DNA of 64,000 nt from Cyanobacteriota bacterium (GCA_046045965.1 JBJOKS010000013.1:64001-128000); one strand, 5' to 3'. Positions 13,151 through 23,759 are shown, counted from the stretch's first letter. Made by a program: numbers and translations. The notes: generated by a model not told the origin, from the letters alone.

Positions 13151-13207
13151 ACAGGAAACAGGGAACAGGGAACAGGGAACAGGAAACAGGAAACAGGAAA
13201 CAGGAAC
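13151..13207. repeat. STRR heptamer array (ACAGGRA)x8
   Basis: Tandem acaggaa/acaggga units. Confidence 0.9.
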
Positions 13208-13343
13208 TGAGGTTAGTTCAGTTATAGTAGAAGGCAAGAGTGAAACCCCTGCTATGATTAGGTTTTAAGGATCAATAATATCCTAATCTGAATGGCTACA
13301 GCTAGATCAAAAGCTAACTGCTAACTGCTATAGGTAAAATTTG

Positions 13344-14489
13344 ATGATTAAAAAAAATCGCCGTCTACCCAAAGGCATAAATAAACCTACTTATCTACAG
13401 GAATATTATCATCAACCAGGAACTCCACCAGGAACCATAATTGTTGATGAAAATGCTGAACAACCAAATATTATTTTGATTGACTACAACCAAACTAATC
13501 TGATTCGTCAACAAATAACTAACCCTGAAGATTGCGCTAATTATTTGGATACAACATCTGTTTCTTGGGTGGATGTTCAAGGTTTAGGTAATAGAGACAT
13601 TTTAGAAAGATTGGGTAAAGTTTTTGATTTGCATCCTCTCGTTTTGGAAGATGTGATGAATATGGCAGAACGTCCAAAAATTGAGGATTATGAAGACCAG
13701 TTATTGATTATTGCTCGGATGGTAGTACCGAAAGGAAGAAGTTATGGTTTTCATAGTGAACAAGTGAGTTTTGTGTTGGGAAAACATTATTTACTTACAG
13801 TTCAAGAAGAACCAGAGTATGATTGCTTTGACGGAGTAAGAATGCGAATTGAAAAAAATAAAGGCACAATTCGCAAACAAGGAGCAGATTATTTAGCTTA
13901 TGCTCTATTAGATGCAATTATTGATGGTTTTTTTCCAGTGCTAGAACTCTATGGAGAACGCATTGAAGAATTAGAGGAAGAAGTAATAGTCAAACCTACT
14001 CCACAAACATTACAACAAATTTACCAAATTCGGCGAGAATTATTACAATTACGTCGTGCGATTTGGCCTCAAAGGGATGCTATTAATTCTTTGATTAGAG
14101 ACAGTAGTGAAATAATTAGTGATGAAGTAAGGATTTATTTAAGAGACTGTTATGATCATACCGTGCAAGTGATGGATATGGTCGAAACTTACCGAGAATT
14201 AGCATCTGGTCTGATGGATGTCTATCTTTCAGCAGTTAGCAATAAAATGAATGAAGTGATGAAATTACTCACCGTGGTTTCATCAATTTTTATTCCTCTA
14301 ACTTTTGTAGCTGGAATCTATGGGATGAATTTTAATACTGAAAAATCACCATATAATATGCCGGAATTAAATTGGTATTGGGGTTATCCATTGTGCTTAG
14401 GATTGATGGGGGTCATCGCTGGTGGGTTAATTTTCTTCTTTTGGCGACGGGGTTGGTTGACAAATTCATTGTATATTAAACAAAAATAA
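13344..14489 (+). CDS. corA: Magnesium/cobalt transporter CorA
   Basis: GIYGMNF signature, MPEL loop, two C-terminal TM helices. Confidence 0.95.
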   Translation: MIKKNRRLPKGINKPTYLQEYYHQPGTPPGTIIVDENAEQPNIILIDYNQTNLIRQQITNPEDCANYLDTTSVSWVDVQGLGNRDILERLGKVFDLHPLVLEDVMNMAERPKIEDYEDQLLIIARMVVPKGRSYGFHSEQVSFVLGKHYLLTVQEEPEYDCFDGVRMRIEKNKGTIRKQGADYLAYALLDAIIDGFFPVLELYGERIEELEEEVIVKPTPQTLQQIYQIRRELLQLRRAIWPQRDAINSLIRDSSEIISDEVRIYLRDCYDHTVQVMDMVETYRELASGLMDVYLSAVSNKMNEVMKLLTVVSSIFIPLTFVAGIYGMNFNTEKSPYNMPELNWYWGYPLCLGLMGVIAGGLIFFFWRRGWLTNSLYIKQK

Positions 14490-14525
14490 GGATTAAAAAC
14501 TTTACAGGGAGTTATTTGCAGTTTT

Positions 14526-15242
14526 ATGGCAGTACAAAGTGGTGATCAAAATCTGATTGTTTTGATGGTTTATATATTGGGGATATATTACACATTCAAT
14601 CGCATGATTGAATCTATTGATGATATGGTGACACTAGATTTCCAAAAAGGTGCTGTTGATGAACAATTGAAAGAACAAAACCTTCAGGATAAAATTGGTA
14701 TTTCTTTTGGTACAGGTACATATTCTTTAGAGAAACTGAAAGACAATTTAAAAGAATTGTCAATTAGCATCGAGAATAAGTCAGAAAGTTTAGCGGTATA
14801 TGTAGACTGGGACAATAGCTCTTGGGTAGTTGAACATAACAAAAAATCCCGCCGAGTGATTCGCAAATCTCCAGACCTCAGCCGTGACTTGGCAATACCA
14901 CAGGTTCCTACTATTATTGCTCCCAAGAAAACAATTTCTGAAAATGTCACGGCAGAAGATATTTTAAGAAGGGACAAAGAAACAGGTACATATCAACCAG
15001 GAGAACCCTTAATTGATATAGTTGCAATGAAGAATCAAAAGCCTTTCAAGGGTTTGTACAAAGACTTTATGGATCGTAAAAAGAAGGTGGAATTTTCTTT
15101 TCAACTGGTGCTAAGGATATCTGAGTTGCGTGTTGGTTTAGCTCCTGGTGTGAATGTTCCTCCCATATCAATTATTAATTGTCCTTTCACTATCGAGAAA
15201 CTACCCTGGACATATGCCTTACCTTGGAATAAGAAAAAGTAA
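14526..15242 (+). CDS. Hypothetical protein with N-terminal membrane anchor
   Basis: 238-aa ORF in line with corA; hydrophobic LIVLMVYILGIYY segment; no motif recognised. Confidence 0.7.
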   Translation: MAVQSGDQNLIVLMVYILGIYYTFNRMIESIDDMVTLDFQKGAVDEQLKEQNLQDKIGISFGTGTYSLEKLKDNLKELSISIENKSESLAVYVDWDNSSWVVEHNKKSRRVIRKSPDLSRDLAIPQVPTIIAPKKTISENVTAEDILRRDKETGTYQPGEPLIDIVAMKNQKPFKGLYKDFMDRKKKVEFSFQLVLRISELRVGLAPGVNVPPISIINCPFTIEKLPWTYALPWNKKK

Positions 15243-15286
15243 TAATTATCCACACAGAAGGGGCGATCAAAGCTTAAACTGGATGT

Positions 15287-15724
15287 AGGAGGAGAGTAGG
15301 CGTAGGCAGTTGCAGATCAGTTATTAAGACTGGTTTGAGGAAAGTCCGGACTCCCGAAAGACCAAACTTGCTGGATAACGTCCAGTGCGAGCGATCGTGA
15401 GGATAGTGCCACAGAAAGATACCGCCAATACTGGGGACTGGGTACTAGGGACTGGGTACTGGGGAAGAATTTTCCCAATCCCCGATCCCCAATCCCCGAT
15501 CCCCAATCTTGGTAAGGGTGCAAAGGTGCGGTAAGAGCGCACCAGCAGCATCGAGAGGTGCTGGCTCGGTAAACCCCGGTTGGGAGCAAGGCCAGAGGAA
15601 CTATGGTTGGTCTTTTACCAGTTCCGTCAAACAAGCGCCGCTAGAGGTGTCTGGTAACAGGCATCCCAGATAGATAACTGCCCTCGCAAGAGAACAGAAC
15701 CCGGCTTACTACCGACTCTCTTCT
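15287..15724 (+). ncRNA. rnpB: RNase P RNA
   Basis: GAGGAAAGTCCGG and AACAGAACCCGGCTTA conserved regions; complementary ends gagagt/actctc; -10 TAAACT at 15275-15280. Confidence 0.97.
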
Positions 15725-15725
15725 G

Positions 15726-15767
15726 AAACGAATTATGGATTTTTTATTTTCCATAGTTCGTTTTTTT
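15726..15767 (+). terminator. Intrinsic terminator between rnpB and the convergent thioredoxin-fold gene
   Basis: aaacgaattatgga...tccatagttcgttt stem plus T run. Confidence 0.7.
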
Positions 15768-15779
15768 GAATGGATGTCT

Positions 15780-16031
15780 CTAATTTATGGGTTGACCTAC
15801 ACCAGCGGCTTGCAACTGCTCTAGACTCGGTTTACCAGTTAAGACAAGTTTTCCGTTGATGACGATCGCTGGCACGGCATTTACTCCATACTGCTGGGCT
15901 TTCTCCTGCTCTTGTCGCATATTATAAACTGATACTTCACAGCTAGGACAAATCATATCTTGCACCATCTGCACTGTTTCATCACAAAGAGGACAGTCAG
16001 CTGTAAAAATCTCAATTTGACGTTTTGTCAT
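15780..16031 (-). CDS. Small thioredoxin/glutaredoxin-fold protein (CPLC)
   Basis: ADCPLC active site, YGVNAVPAIVING, extra CPSC; ATG at 16031 preceded by GGTGGA. Confidence 0.85.
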   Translation of the reverse strand: MTKRQIEIFTADCPLCDETVQMVQDMICPSCEVSVYNMRQEQEKAQQYGVNAVPAIVINGKLVLTGKPSLEQLQAAGVGQPIN

Positions 16032-16061
16032 GATGTCCACCAAAATTCTTTTTACTCATTC

Positions 16062-16093
16062 ATTCTCAAGCCTATAGTTGACTATAGAGTCAA
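16062..16093 (-). promoter_or_regulatory. MerR-family type promoter/operator
   Basis: Minus strand reads TTGACT, a 20-bp spacer containing the dyad CTATAGT-CA-ACTATAG, then GAGAAT; upstream of the thioredoxin-fold gene. Confidence 0.75.
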
Positions 16094-16242
16094 CCCCATC
16101 TGAACATAATTTTCCAAATAACCTGAATTTAACAAGTTCGTTGAGTACGTCGTGCTGACGGATATTAGGCTCAATTTGCAATTGATGAACTATGCCCTTT
16201 TCTTAAAGGAGTGACAATTTCACATTCCACAAGGGGTATAGT

Positions 16243-16297
16243 TTAAGTGGACTCTTTGAACCAAGAATCTCCGCGCCTTTAGGTCGGAGAGTGTTAA
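16243..16297 (+). mobile_element. IS200/IS605-family right-end remnant
   Basis: gaaccaagaatctccgcgcctttaggtcggagagtgttaa: hairpin plus a TCAA-like end (TTAA), resembling cyanobacterial tnpB ends; no tnpA/tnpB ORF present. Confidence 0.6.
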
Positions 16298-16346
16298 ATT
16301 GAATGCTAAGTTAAGAGTTATTAGCCCTTTTTTCCATACTTACCTA

Positions 16347-17072
16347 ATGTCTCGCGTTTATCCTCGCCGTCAACGGCAACTTGAAAGTTTAGTCCAAAAG
16401 TTAGGTTTGTCACTAGATAGTCCGATAAAGTGGCCGTTACTTGACTTGGCTCTAACTCATGCTACTGTTTCGGAGTCGGCAAATTATGAACAGCTGGAGT
16501 TTGTGGGTGATGCGGTGGTGCGGCTGGTTGCTGCTGTGGTGTTATGGGAACATTACCCCGACTGCTCGGTGGGTGATTTTGCGGCTATTCGTTCGGTTTT
16601 GGTGAGCGATCGCATTCTCTCCAAATTAGCACGAGAATATGGTTTAGAATTATACTTACTGGTAGCAGGTAGTGCTACTGCTGATCAAGTTGGTCAAGAG
16701 TCACGTCTAGCAGATTCTTTTGAAGCAGTTCTAGGTGCGCTTTATCTCAGCACTAACAATTTAGACCTGATTCGCCCTTGGTTAGATCCGCACTTCATGG
16801 AATTGACACAAGAAATTCGCCTTGATCCGGCTAGACTCAACTATAAAGCGGCTCTGCAAGAATGGACTCAGGCACAATTTAAAGTTTTACCAGAGTACCG
16901 AGTTATGGAAGTTAATCAACCCCATCGTACTCATGAGCGTTTCTTGGCTGAAGTTTGGTTACATGAGAAAATGTTAGGACAAGGTAAGGGACGCTCTATT
17001 AAAGCGGCTGAACAAGCTGCTGCAAAAATTGCTTACTTGGCGGTTACTGAAGAGGTGACAGGTGACAGGTGA
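16347..17072 (+). CDS. rnc: Ribonuclease III
   Basis: EQLEFVGDAV signature; dsRBD NYKAALQEW...AEQAAA. Confidence 0.95.
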   Translation: MSRVYPRRQRQLESLVQKLGLSLDSPIKWPLLDLALTHATVSESANYEQLEFVGDAVVRLVAAVVLWEHYPDCSVGDFAAIRSVLVSDRILSKLAREYGLELYLLVAGSATADQVGQESRLADSFEAVLGALYLSTNNLDLIRPWLDPHFMELTQEIRLDPARLNYKAALQEWTQAQFKVLPEYRVMEVNQPHRTHERFLAEVWLHEKMLGQGKGRSIKAAEQAAAKIAYLAVTEEVTGDR

Positions 17073-17134
17073 CAGTAAAGAGGCAGGGGAGCAGGGAGCA
17101 GGGGGAAAAGATTTATACCAGTGACTAATAACTA

Positions 17135-18160
17135 ATGAGTAAAATTAAACTGGCAATTATTGGTGTTGGGCGTTGGGGAGTACATTTGTTGAGGAATTTT
17201 CTGGCACATCCTCAAGTAAGTGTAGTGGCTGTAGTAGATCCACATCAAGAAAAATTAGCAGCAGCCAAACAACAGTTTGATTTAGATGAAAATGTATTAT
17301 TAACAACCGAGAGGGAATCTATAAAGCAGATTTCGGGACTATCAGCAGTGGCGATCGCAACTCCCGCTACCACTCACTATAGCTTAATTAAAGATTCTCT
17401 TCAGCACGGATATCATGTTTTGGCAGAAAAACCCCTGACTCTTGACCCAGAAGAATGTCGGGAACTGTGCCAATTAGCAGAGTATCAGCAATTGATCCTC
17501 ATGGTTGACCATACTTATTTATTTCACCCAGCAGTGGAAAAAGGTCAAACGGTAGTTCAAGCTGGTCAGTTGGGTGATTTACGTTATGGTTATGCTACCC
17601 GTACTCATTTGGGACCTGTACGCCAAGATGTTGATGCACTATGGGATTTAGCAATTCATGATATTGCGATTTTCAACACTTGGTTAGGTAAATTACCTGT
17701 AAAAGTACAAGCAACGGGTACAGTTTGGTTACAGGAAAATAGGACAGAAAGCCAGGGTTTAGCGGATTTAGTTTGGGTAACGCTGACTTATCCAGATAAT
17801 TTTCAAGCATATATTCACCTATGCTGGTTGAATCCTGATAAACAGCGTCGGTTAGGAATTGTAGGTAGTAAAGGAAGTTTGATTTTTGATGAAATGTCAA
17901 CTTCATCTCCTTTAACCCTGATACATGGAGAGTTTAGCAAAGAGGGAGATTTATTTATACCTGTAAATCAACGTCAGGAAGTGCTGGAAATTGCCAAAGC
18001 TGAACCATTAGGAAAAGTGTGCGATCGCTTTGTTACCAATGTCCAAAAAAATACCCCCTCACTCATTTCATCCGGGTGGGTAGGTAGAGAGTTAGTAGAA
18101 ATTCTCAGTGCTTTAACTACATCCCTCAACCAAGGCGGTAAATCGATCAAAATCACCTAA
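17135..18160 (+). CDS. Gfo/Idh/MocA oxidoreductase
   Basis: GVGRWG, EKP and DLAIHD motifs. Confidence 0.9.
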   Translation: MSKIKLAIIGVGRWGVHLLRNFLAHPQVSVVAVVDPHQEKLAAAKQQFDLDENVLLTTERESIKQISGLSAVAIATPATTHYSLIKDSLQHGYHVLAEKPLTLDPEECRELCQLAEYQQLILMVDHTYLFHPAVEKGQTVVQAGQLGDLRYGYATRTHLGPVRQDVDALWDLAIHDIAIFNTWLGKLPVKVQATGTVWLQENRTESQGLADLVWVTLTYPDNFQAYIHLCWLNPDKQRRLGIVGSKGSLIFDEMSTSSPLTLIHGEFSKEGDLFIPVNQRQEVLEIAKAEPLGKVCDRFVTNVQKNTPSLISSGWVGRELVEILSALTTSLNQGGKSIKIT

Positions 18161-18297
18161 AAATTAATTTTAATTCTAAATTAAGAATTTAACAGCGTAA
18201 ATATGTGGATTTTATCTGTAAAATTTAAATCCTATAGGGTTATTTTTTAACTCAAAACCGATATTTTTGTACCAATTTACAACTTAACAATAAACTT

Positions 18298-19071
18298 ATG
18301 ACATCCCCAGATTCAATCAACCCTGGAACTCTCAAATCTCTATCTGAGTTTGTGCAACTCAACCCACCTGCTATATTTATCACTGATGCTCACCCAGACC
18401 TGATCAAAGAAATACAGGAAATTCTGAAGATAGAAGTAGATGGTATCGTCGGTCCTTTAACCAAGCAAGCTTTCGCAGAATTTAAGGAATTTAACCAACT
18501 ACAATATCCCTTGGGACTAGGAGTAACTACAGCTAAGGAGTTACTAGAGTTCAAAGGTAAGGAAGAAACCGCAAGTACCACGGATGACAGCACTGGTTCA
18601 GAAGCAAAACTCAATCCTTCTGCTGGTTCACGTACAGGTGCAACCATGAAACTTCCTGGAGGTGAAATAGTCTATGCAAACCAATATATTGTTGAAGGTA
18701 TTCCTCTAACTTGGGGTGAAGCTACCAAAAATTGTACTCGTATTCCTACAAGTGCTGAATATGTAGCAAATGCCATCAAAGTGGCGAAAACTTGGGGACC
18801 AGTGAGAGAGAAGTTTGGTTCACCCATCAGAATTACTTCTGGTTATCGTCCACCCCAAGTCAACAAGTCAATAGGAGGCGCTCGGAATAGTCAGCATCTC
18901 TACTTCCGAGCTATAGATATGATACCTATGAACGGAGACTTTAGAAAGCTTTGGGATGTGTTAAAAGCTTCTCAATTTTCAGGTTTGGGAGATGCTGTTT
19001 TTATGGGACGAAATAAAGGATTTTTCCATGCTGACATTCGACCCGGTGGAAGAGTTATTTTCCCTTACTAA
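18298..19071 (+). CDS. Peptidoglycan-binding domain plus peptidase M15A-type metallopeptidase
   Basis: DGIVGPLT PG-binding motif; ITSGYRP..N...GG...SQH....AID and HAD Zn ligands. Confidence 0.85.
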   Translation: MTSPDSINPGTLKSLSEFVQLNPPAIFITDAHPDLIKEIQEILKIEVDGIVGPLTKQAFAEFKEFNQLQYPLGLGVTTAKELLEFKGKEETASTTDDSTGSEAKLNPSAGSRTGATMKLPGGEIVYANQYIVEGIPLTWGEATKNCTRIPTSAEYVANAIKVAKTWGPVREKFGSPIRITSGYRPPQVNKSIGGARNSQHLYFRAIDMIPMNGDFRKLWDVLKASQFSGLGDAVFMGRNKGFFHADIRPGGRVIFPY

Positions 19072-19105
19072 TAACTCAATCTGCTAATTATACAATCAAA
19101 TTAAA

Positions 19106-19135
19106 GCCCCCCTTTTTAAGGGGGGTTGGGGGGAT
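19106..19135. repeat. Small dispersed repeat CCCCCCTTTTTAAGGGGGGTTGGGGGGATC
   Basis: Palindromic core between convergent genes; a degenerate relative lies at about 8030-8106. Confidence 0.7.
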
Positions 19136-21054
19136 CAAACACAAGGAAACAGCGTAATTGTTTTATCTCCACTTCCAGCAGCTAAAATCTTCCCATCTGG
19201 ACTGAAAGCAACTGCATAAACCGCATCATCAGCACATTTGACACTGGAAATTTCTGCACCACTATCTACAACCCATAATTTCACAGTTTTATCTTTACTA
19301 GCACTAGCTAAAATCTGACCATTGGGACTAAAAGCAACTGCATAAACCGCTTCAGAATGTCCATTTAAAACCTTAATTTCCTGACCAGTTTCTACATCCC
19401 ACAGCTTAATAGTTTTATCTTGATTACCACTAGCTAAAATCTTACCATCAGCACTAAAAGCTAAAGCATTAATAGCACCAACAAACCAATCAGAACTTAC
19501 CGTTAAAGCTGTTAAAGTTCTCACTTTGTTTTCAGCTAATTGAAAGATTTTGATAGTTTTATCATTATTACCTCCACAACTGGCTAAAAGTTTACCATCT
19601 GGACTAAAAGCTACACACAAAACATCATCTATATGACCTTTAAAAGAGTAAATTTCCTTTTCTGTTTCTAAAGACCAAAGTTTAACTGTTTTATCTTTAC
19701 TACCACTAGCTAAAACTTTGCCAAATGGACTAAATACTACAGAATTAACCTTCTCTTCATGTCCTGTGAAAGTGAGAATTTTATTACCTGTTTCTACATC
19801 CCATAATCTAATAGTTTTATCATTACCACCACTTGCTAATATTGTACCATCGGGACTAAAAGCAACTGAGTTAATACCTCCACTCCAAGCAGCATCTTGA
19901 TGTCCTTCTAAAGTACGATGTTGCTGAGTTGTTAAATCCCAAATTTTGATAGTTTTGTCATCACTTCCACTAATTAAACTTTTTCCATCAGGACTAAAAG
20001 CAACTGAAGAAATTTTATATTCATGACCTTTTAAAGTTCCCACAAATAATAAGTTTTCTAATAATTTATCTGTGTTTTCTTCAGATGCAGATATCGTAGG
20101 AATTGCTTGATTAAATTCGACTTTGATACTAGAATTTTGTAAAGGTTGAATATTTGATTGATTTGCTGTCTCCAGCGGTTTGATTAAAGAATTAAATGTG
20201 ATTAAAGCATCAAATGAAGTATCTAATGCTGTTAAGGATTCATGTACAGAATCAAAAATATCATTGAATCTAGAATTTTCACTGTTTTGATTTTGTTTAA
20301 CTTGCTCAAACTCCTCAATTTGTGTAGCAAAAGCTTGATTTAATTGCTGGATGGAATTATCAATATTTTCACAGCGATAATTAATATCAGCAAGTTGATG
20401 ACTAAGTTGCGAAAATTCTAAAGTTCGATTTTCTTGATTTTCTCTTAATTCTGCTAATTCTTTTTGACTTTTTTCACTCCAATTTTTTAGATATTTATCA
20501 ATTTCCTCAATCTTGCTTGTTTGAGAATTAACAACTTCAATTTTTTCAATCCTTTGATTTAAGTGGTAAAATTCAGATTGTATTTCCTCAACAATGTTTA
20601 ATTTTTCTTCTTGTTGCTGAATCTGCTGCTGTAAATTTTTTAGTGAATTACTTAATTCTGTCAAACTGTTGTTAATATCTTGAATTTGTTCAGGAAATTG
20701 GTTAATTTCTGTACTCAATTTTTGTAGTGAGATTTCAATTTTTTGATCAATAAGTTGGTTTAATTGTTGTTTCCAAACTTCAATTTGTTGTAACCTCTGA
20801 TTAGATGTATTCATAGTTTCCTGTACTTGGTAAAAGTTATCTGTGATATTTTGCAGACTTGTTTGTAATTGTTCAATTTTTTGTTGCGACTGAGAATAAT
20901 TAAACTGGGAACGAGTCGCTAAATTTGCTATACTTAAAATCACAGGTATAACTGCATAAACCACCTGTTGAGTCACTGTTGCTGCTATTGTTCCCAATAC
21001 TATTAAACCCAAGCATACATACTCGCTAATTTCTAGCCATTGACGTTTGCTCAT
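19135..21054 (-). CDS. WD40-repeat protein with N-terminal TM helices and coiled coil
   Basis: Seven GH..VAFSPDG..LASG..DKTIKLW repeats; Q/E-rich coiled coil. Confidence 0.9.
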   Translation of the reverse strand: MSKRQWLEISEYVCLGLIVLGTIAATVTQQVVYAVIPVILSIANLATRSQFNYSQSQQKIEQLQTSLQNITDNFYQVQETMNTSNQRLQQIEVWKQQLNQLIDQKIEISLQKLSTEINQFPEQIQDINNSLTELSNSLKNLQQQIQQQEEKLNIVEEIQSEFYHLNQRIEKIEVVNSQTSKIEEIDKYLKNWSEKSQKELAELRENQENRTLEFSQLSHQLADINYRCENIDNSIQQLNQAFATQIEEFEQVKQNQNSENSRFNDIFDSVHESLTALDTSFDALITFNSLIKPLETANQSNIQPLQNSSIKVEFNQAIPTISASEENTDKLLENLLFVGTLKGHEYKISSVAFSPDGKSLISGSDDKTIKIWDLTTQQHRTLEGHQDAAWSGGINSVAFSPDGTILASGGNDKTIRLWDVETGNKILTFTGHEEKVNSVVFSPFGKVLASGSKDKTVKLWSLETEKEIYSFKGHIDDVLCVAFSPDGKLLASCGGNNDKTIKIFQLAENKVRTLTALTVSSDWFVGAINALAFSADGKILASGNQDKTIKLWDVETGQEIKVLNGHSEAVYAVAFSPNGQILASASKDKTVKLWVVDSGAEISSVKCADDAVYAVAFSPDGKILAAGSGDKTITLFPCV

Positions 21055-21281
21055 TCTGCTTAATTTATGATCCGGTTTATACAGTATATTTATGCAAAAG
21101 TTTTATTGTCAATAATCATTTTTTACTCTCTTCCCAGTCCCCAGTCACCAGTCACCAATCCCAAAATTGCTATAATCAATAAAATATGATATGATGAGTA
21201 GTTCTCTAAAACAGTGCTGGGTGAAGAACGTAGATAGAAAACTCAGCACATCTACACACTCAGCACAAAGAACTCTAGTTT

Positions 21282-22643
21282 ATGGCACTGCCAATTGTAG
21301 CAATTATCGGTCGCCCCAATGTGGGCAAATCCACCTTAGTAAATCGTTTAGCCGGAGATCAAACGGCGATAGTTCATGATGAACCAGGTGTAACACGCGA
21401 TCGCACTTATCGACCAGCATTTTGGAGCGATCGCGAATTTGTGGTAGTCGATACCGGCGGGTTAGTATTTAACGATGATACCGAATTTCTCCCTTTGATT
21501 CGTCAACAGGCAATGACGGCGCTATCAGAAGCCTGTGCAGCCATATTTGTAGTCGATGGCCAAGCAGGTCCCAACCAAGCAGATGAAGAAATCGCCCAAT
21601 GGTTGCGTCAACAACCTGTTCCCGTCTTACTAGCTGTAAACAAATGTGAATCACCAGATCAAGGTATTATTCAAGCCAGTGAATTTTGGGAATTAGGATT
21701 AGGTGAACCTTACCCCATTTCTGCCATTCATGGTAGTGGTACTGGGGAGATCCTCGACGAGTTAATAAAACACATTCCCGATGTAAAAGACCTAGAGGAA
21801 AATACAGAAATCAAAGTTGCCATTATTGGCCGTCCCAACGTTGGTAAATCAAGTTTATTAAATGCTTTCGTTGGTGAAGAACGGGCAATAGTTAGCCCCA
21901 TTTCAGGAACTACCCGCGACACAATTGATACTTTAGTTGAACGGGATGGACAGACTTACCGCTTAATTGATACTGCGGGAATTAGAAAAAAGAAACATAT
22001 AGAATACGGTACGGAATTTTTCAGCATTAACCGCGCTTTTAAAGCCATTCGTCGTGCCGATGTGGTTTTATTGGTATTGGATGCTTTAGATGGAGTCACC
22101 GAACAAGATCAAAAATTAGCCGGTCGCATTATCGAAGAAGGTCGCGCTTGCATTATTGTGGTTAATAAATGGGATGCCGTAGAAAAAGACTCTTACACTA
22201 TCTACGATTACGAAAAGAGTCTAGAAGCACGCTTGCATTTTACCGAATGGGCAGATACCATCTTTGTGAGCGCAGTTACAGGACAACGGGTAACAAAGAT
22301 TTTAGAATTGGTGAATAAAGCTGCGGAAGCGCACAAACGCCGTGTTAGCACATCAGTAGTGAATGAAGTCCTTACAGACGCAGTGAGTTGGCATTCTCCA
22401 CCAGCTTCACGCAGCGGAAAACAAGGTAAGATATATTATGGTACGCAAGTTAGTACCCAACCGCCAACATTTGCCTTATTTGTCAACGATGCTCAACGGT
22501 TTAATGACAATTATCGCCGTTATATTGAAAGACAATTCCGCAAACAATTAGGTTTTGAAGGTACACCAATTCGTTTATTTTGGCGGAGTAAAAAAGTCCG
22601 GGAAATGGAAGTTGGTAGTGTCAATCGAGCAACTCGCGTGTAA
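21282..22643 (+). CDS. der: Ribosome biogenesis GTPase Der
   Basis: Two GRPNVGKS G-domains plus a KH-like C-terminus. Confidence 0.97.
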   Translation: MALPIVAIIGRPNVGKSTLVNRLAGDQTAIVHDEPGVTRDRTYRPAFWSDREFVVVDTGGLVFNDDTEFLPLIRQQAMTALSEACAAIFVVDGQAGPNQADEEIAQWLRQQPVPVLLAVNKCESPDQGIIQASEFWELGLGEPYPISAIHGSGTGEILDELIKHIPDVKDLEENTEIKVAIIGRPNVGKSSLLNAFVGEERAIVSPISGTTRDTIDTLVERDGQTYRLIDTAGIRKKKHIEYGTEFFSINRAFKAIRRADVVLLVLDALDGVTEQDQKLAGRIIEEGRACIIVVNKWDAVEKDSYTIYDYEKSLEARLHFTEWADTIFVSAVTGQRVTKILELVNKAAEAHKRRVSTSVVNEVLTDAVSWHSPPASRSGKQGKIYYGTQVSTQPPTFALFVNDAQRFNDNYRRYIERQFRKQLGFEGTPIRLFWRSKKVREMEVGSVNRATRV

Positions 22644-22714
22644 TAGTAGTCATTATTCAGAGGTCATTCTCACCAGTGACTAATGACTAATGACCAATGA
22701 CTAATGACTAAAAT

Positions 22715-23644
22715 ATGGATTTACTGCGATCGCTTCCACTGGGATTATACTTAGAACAACCACAAACTTGGCTACACAAATTAGATCCACGAGTCAAGTT
22801 AATTTGGTTGTTAAGTTTTCTCACTAGCTATGTTGTCGCTAACAACTATTGGCGCGTATTACTGGTATTACTGTTAATTATTTTTACAGTATTTGCCAAA
22901 ATTCCCCTGAGAGTATGGCGGCAACAAATGGGCTGGCTATTAGTGCTATCATTTATGGTATTGGCGATCGGTGCGATCAGTCCAGATGGACTAAGTATAA
23001 ATTATCAATCACGCCTACCAGCAAATGAACAGGTTTTAACTCAACCACCAACGGCTAAAGATACCAAAAAGACTCCAGAAATAGTAGATAGTAATAAAGA
23101 ATATAGATATGTACTATTTCATCAAGGACCAATCAAAATAAATCGTCGTTCCTTAGATTTAGCAATTAGTTTGAGTACAATAGTTTTTACTTTAATTTAC
23201 AGCACTAATTTATATTTGCTGACAACTGCACCAGAAGAAATTACATCTGGGATGGAAAGCTTAATGCAACCGTTAAGAAGATTCAAAATTCCAGTTACAG
23301 AAATTACCCTTACTTTAACTTTATCTTTGCGGTTTATTCCTTTAGTTTTAGAAGAAATTCAAAACCTAATACGTTCTGTAATGACTAGAGCAATTAATTG
23401 GAAAAAGCTAGGATTAAAAGGAGGTGCTAAAGTTTGGTTAATTGTCATTGAAAGACTATTGGAAAATTTGCTATTAAGAGCAGAACAAATGGCAAATGCA
23501 ATGATGGTAAGAGGTTTTACCAGTCCTAACGAACATCGAGTTAAATGGCAAGAGTTAAAATTAAGAACAGGTGATTGGTTAGCTATTGCAATTTTAATTG
23601 TATTTTGGGGGTTAAGAATAGCCTTTGGTACGGAAGTTTCTTAA
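22715..23644 (+). CDS. ECF transporter T component (CbiQ/EcfT family)
   Basis: LDPRVK, LRFIP, MMVRGF; TM helices. Confidence 0.85.
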   Translation: MDLLRSLPLGLYLEQPQTWLHKLDPRVKLIWLLSFLTSYVVANNYWRVLLVLLLIIFTVFAKIPLRVWRQQMGWLLVLSFMVLAIGAISPDGLSINYQSRLPANEQVLTQPPTAKDTKKTPEIVDSNKEYRYVLFHQGPIKINRRSLDLAISLSTIVFTLIYSTNLYLLTTAPEEITSGMESLMQPLRRFKIPVTEITLTLTLSLRFIPLVLEEIQNLIRSVMTRAINWKKLGLKGGAKVWLIVIERLLENLLLRAEQMANAMMVRGFTSPNEHRVKWQELKLRTGDWLAIAILIVFWGLRIAFGTEVS

Positions 23645-23759
23645 TATTTAATTGCGCTAATTTTTCAACTACAAGCTTGGTGTTAGACAAACTCAACTTT
23701 GAAATCATTCAACAATGAGACTGGAAGCATAACTTTGCCGTACCATTTTCTGTAACCTT

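Noticed and set aside
15317..15634. Minus-strand ORFs of 105 aa and 75 aa
   Set aside because: They are antisense to rnpB, and the repetitive peptide is just translated STRR.
18298..19071. M15A peptidase as a prophage endolysin
   Set aside because: No holin, structural or integrase genes are nearby.
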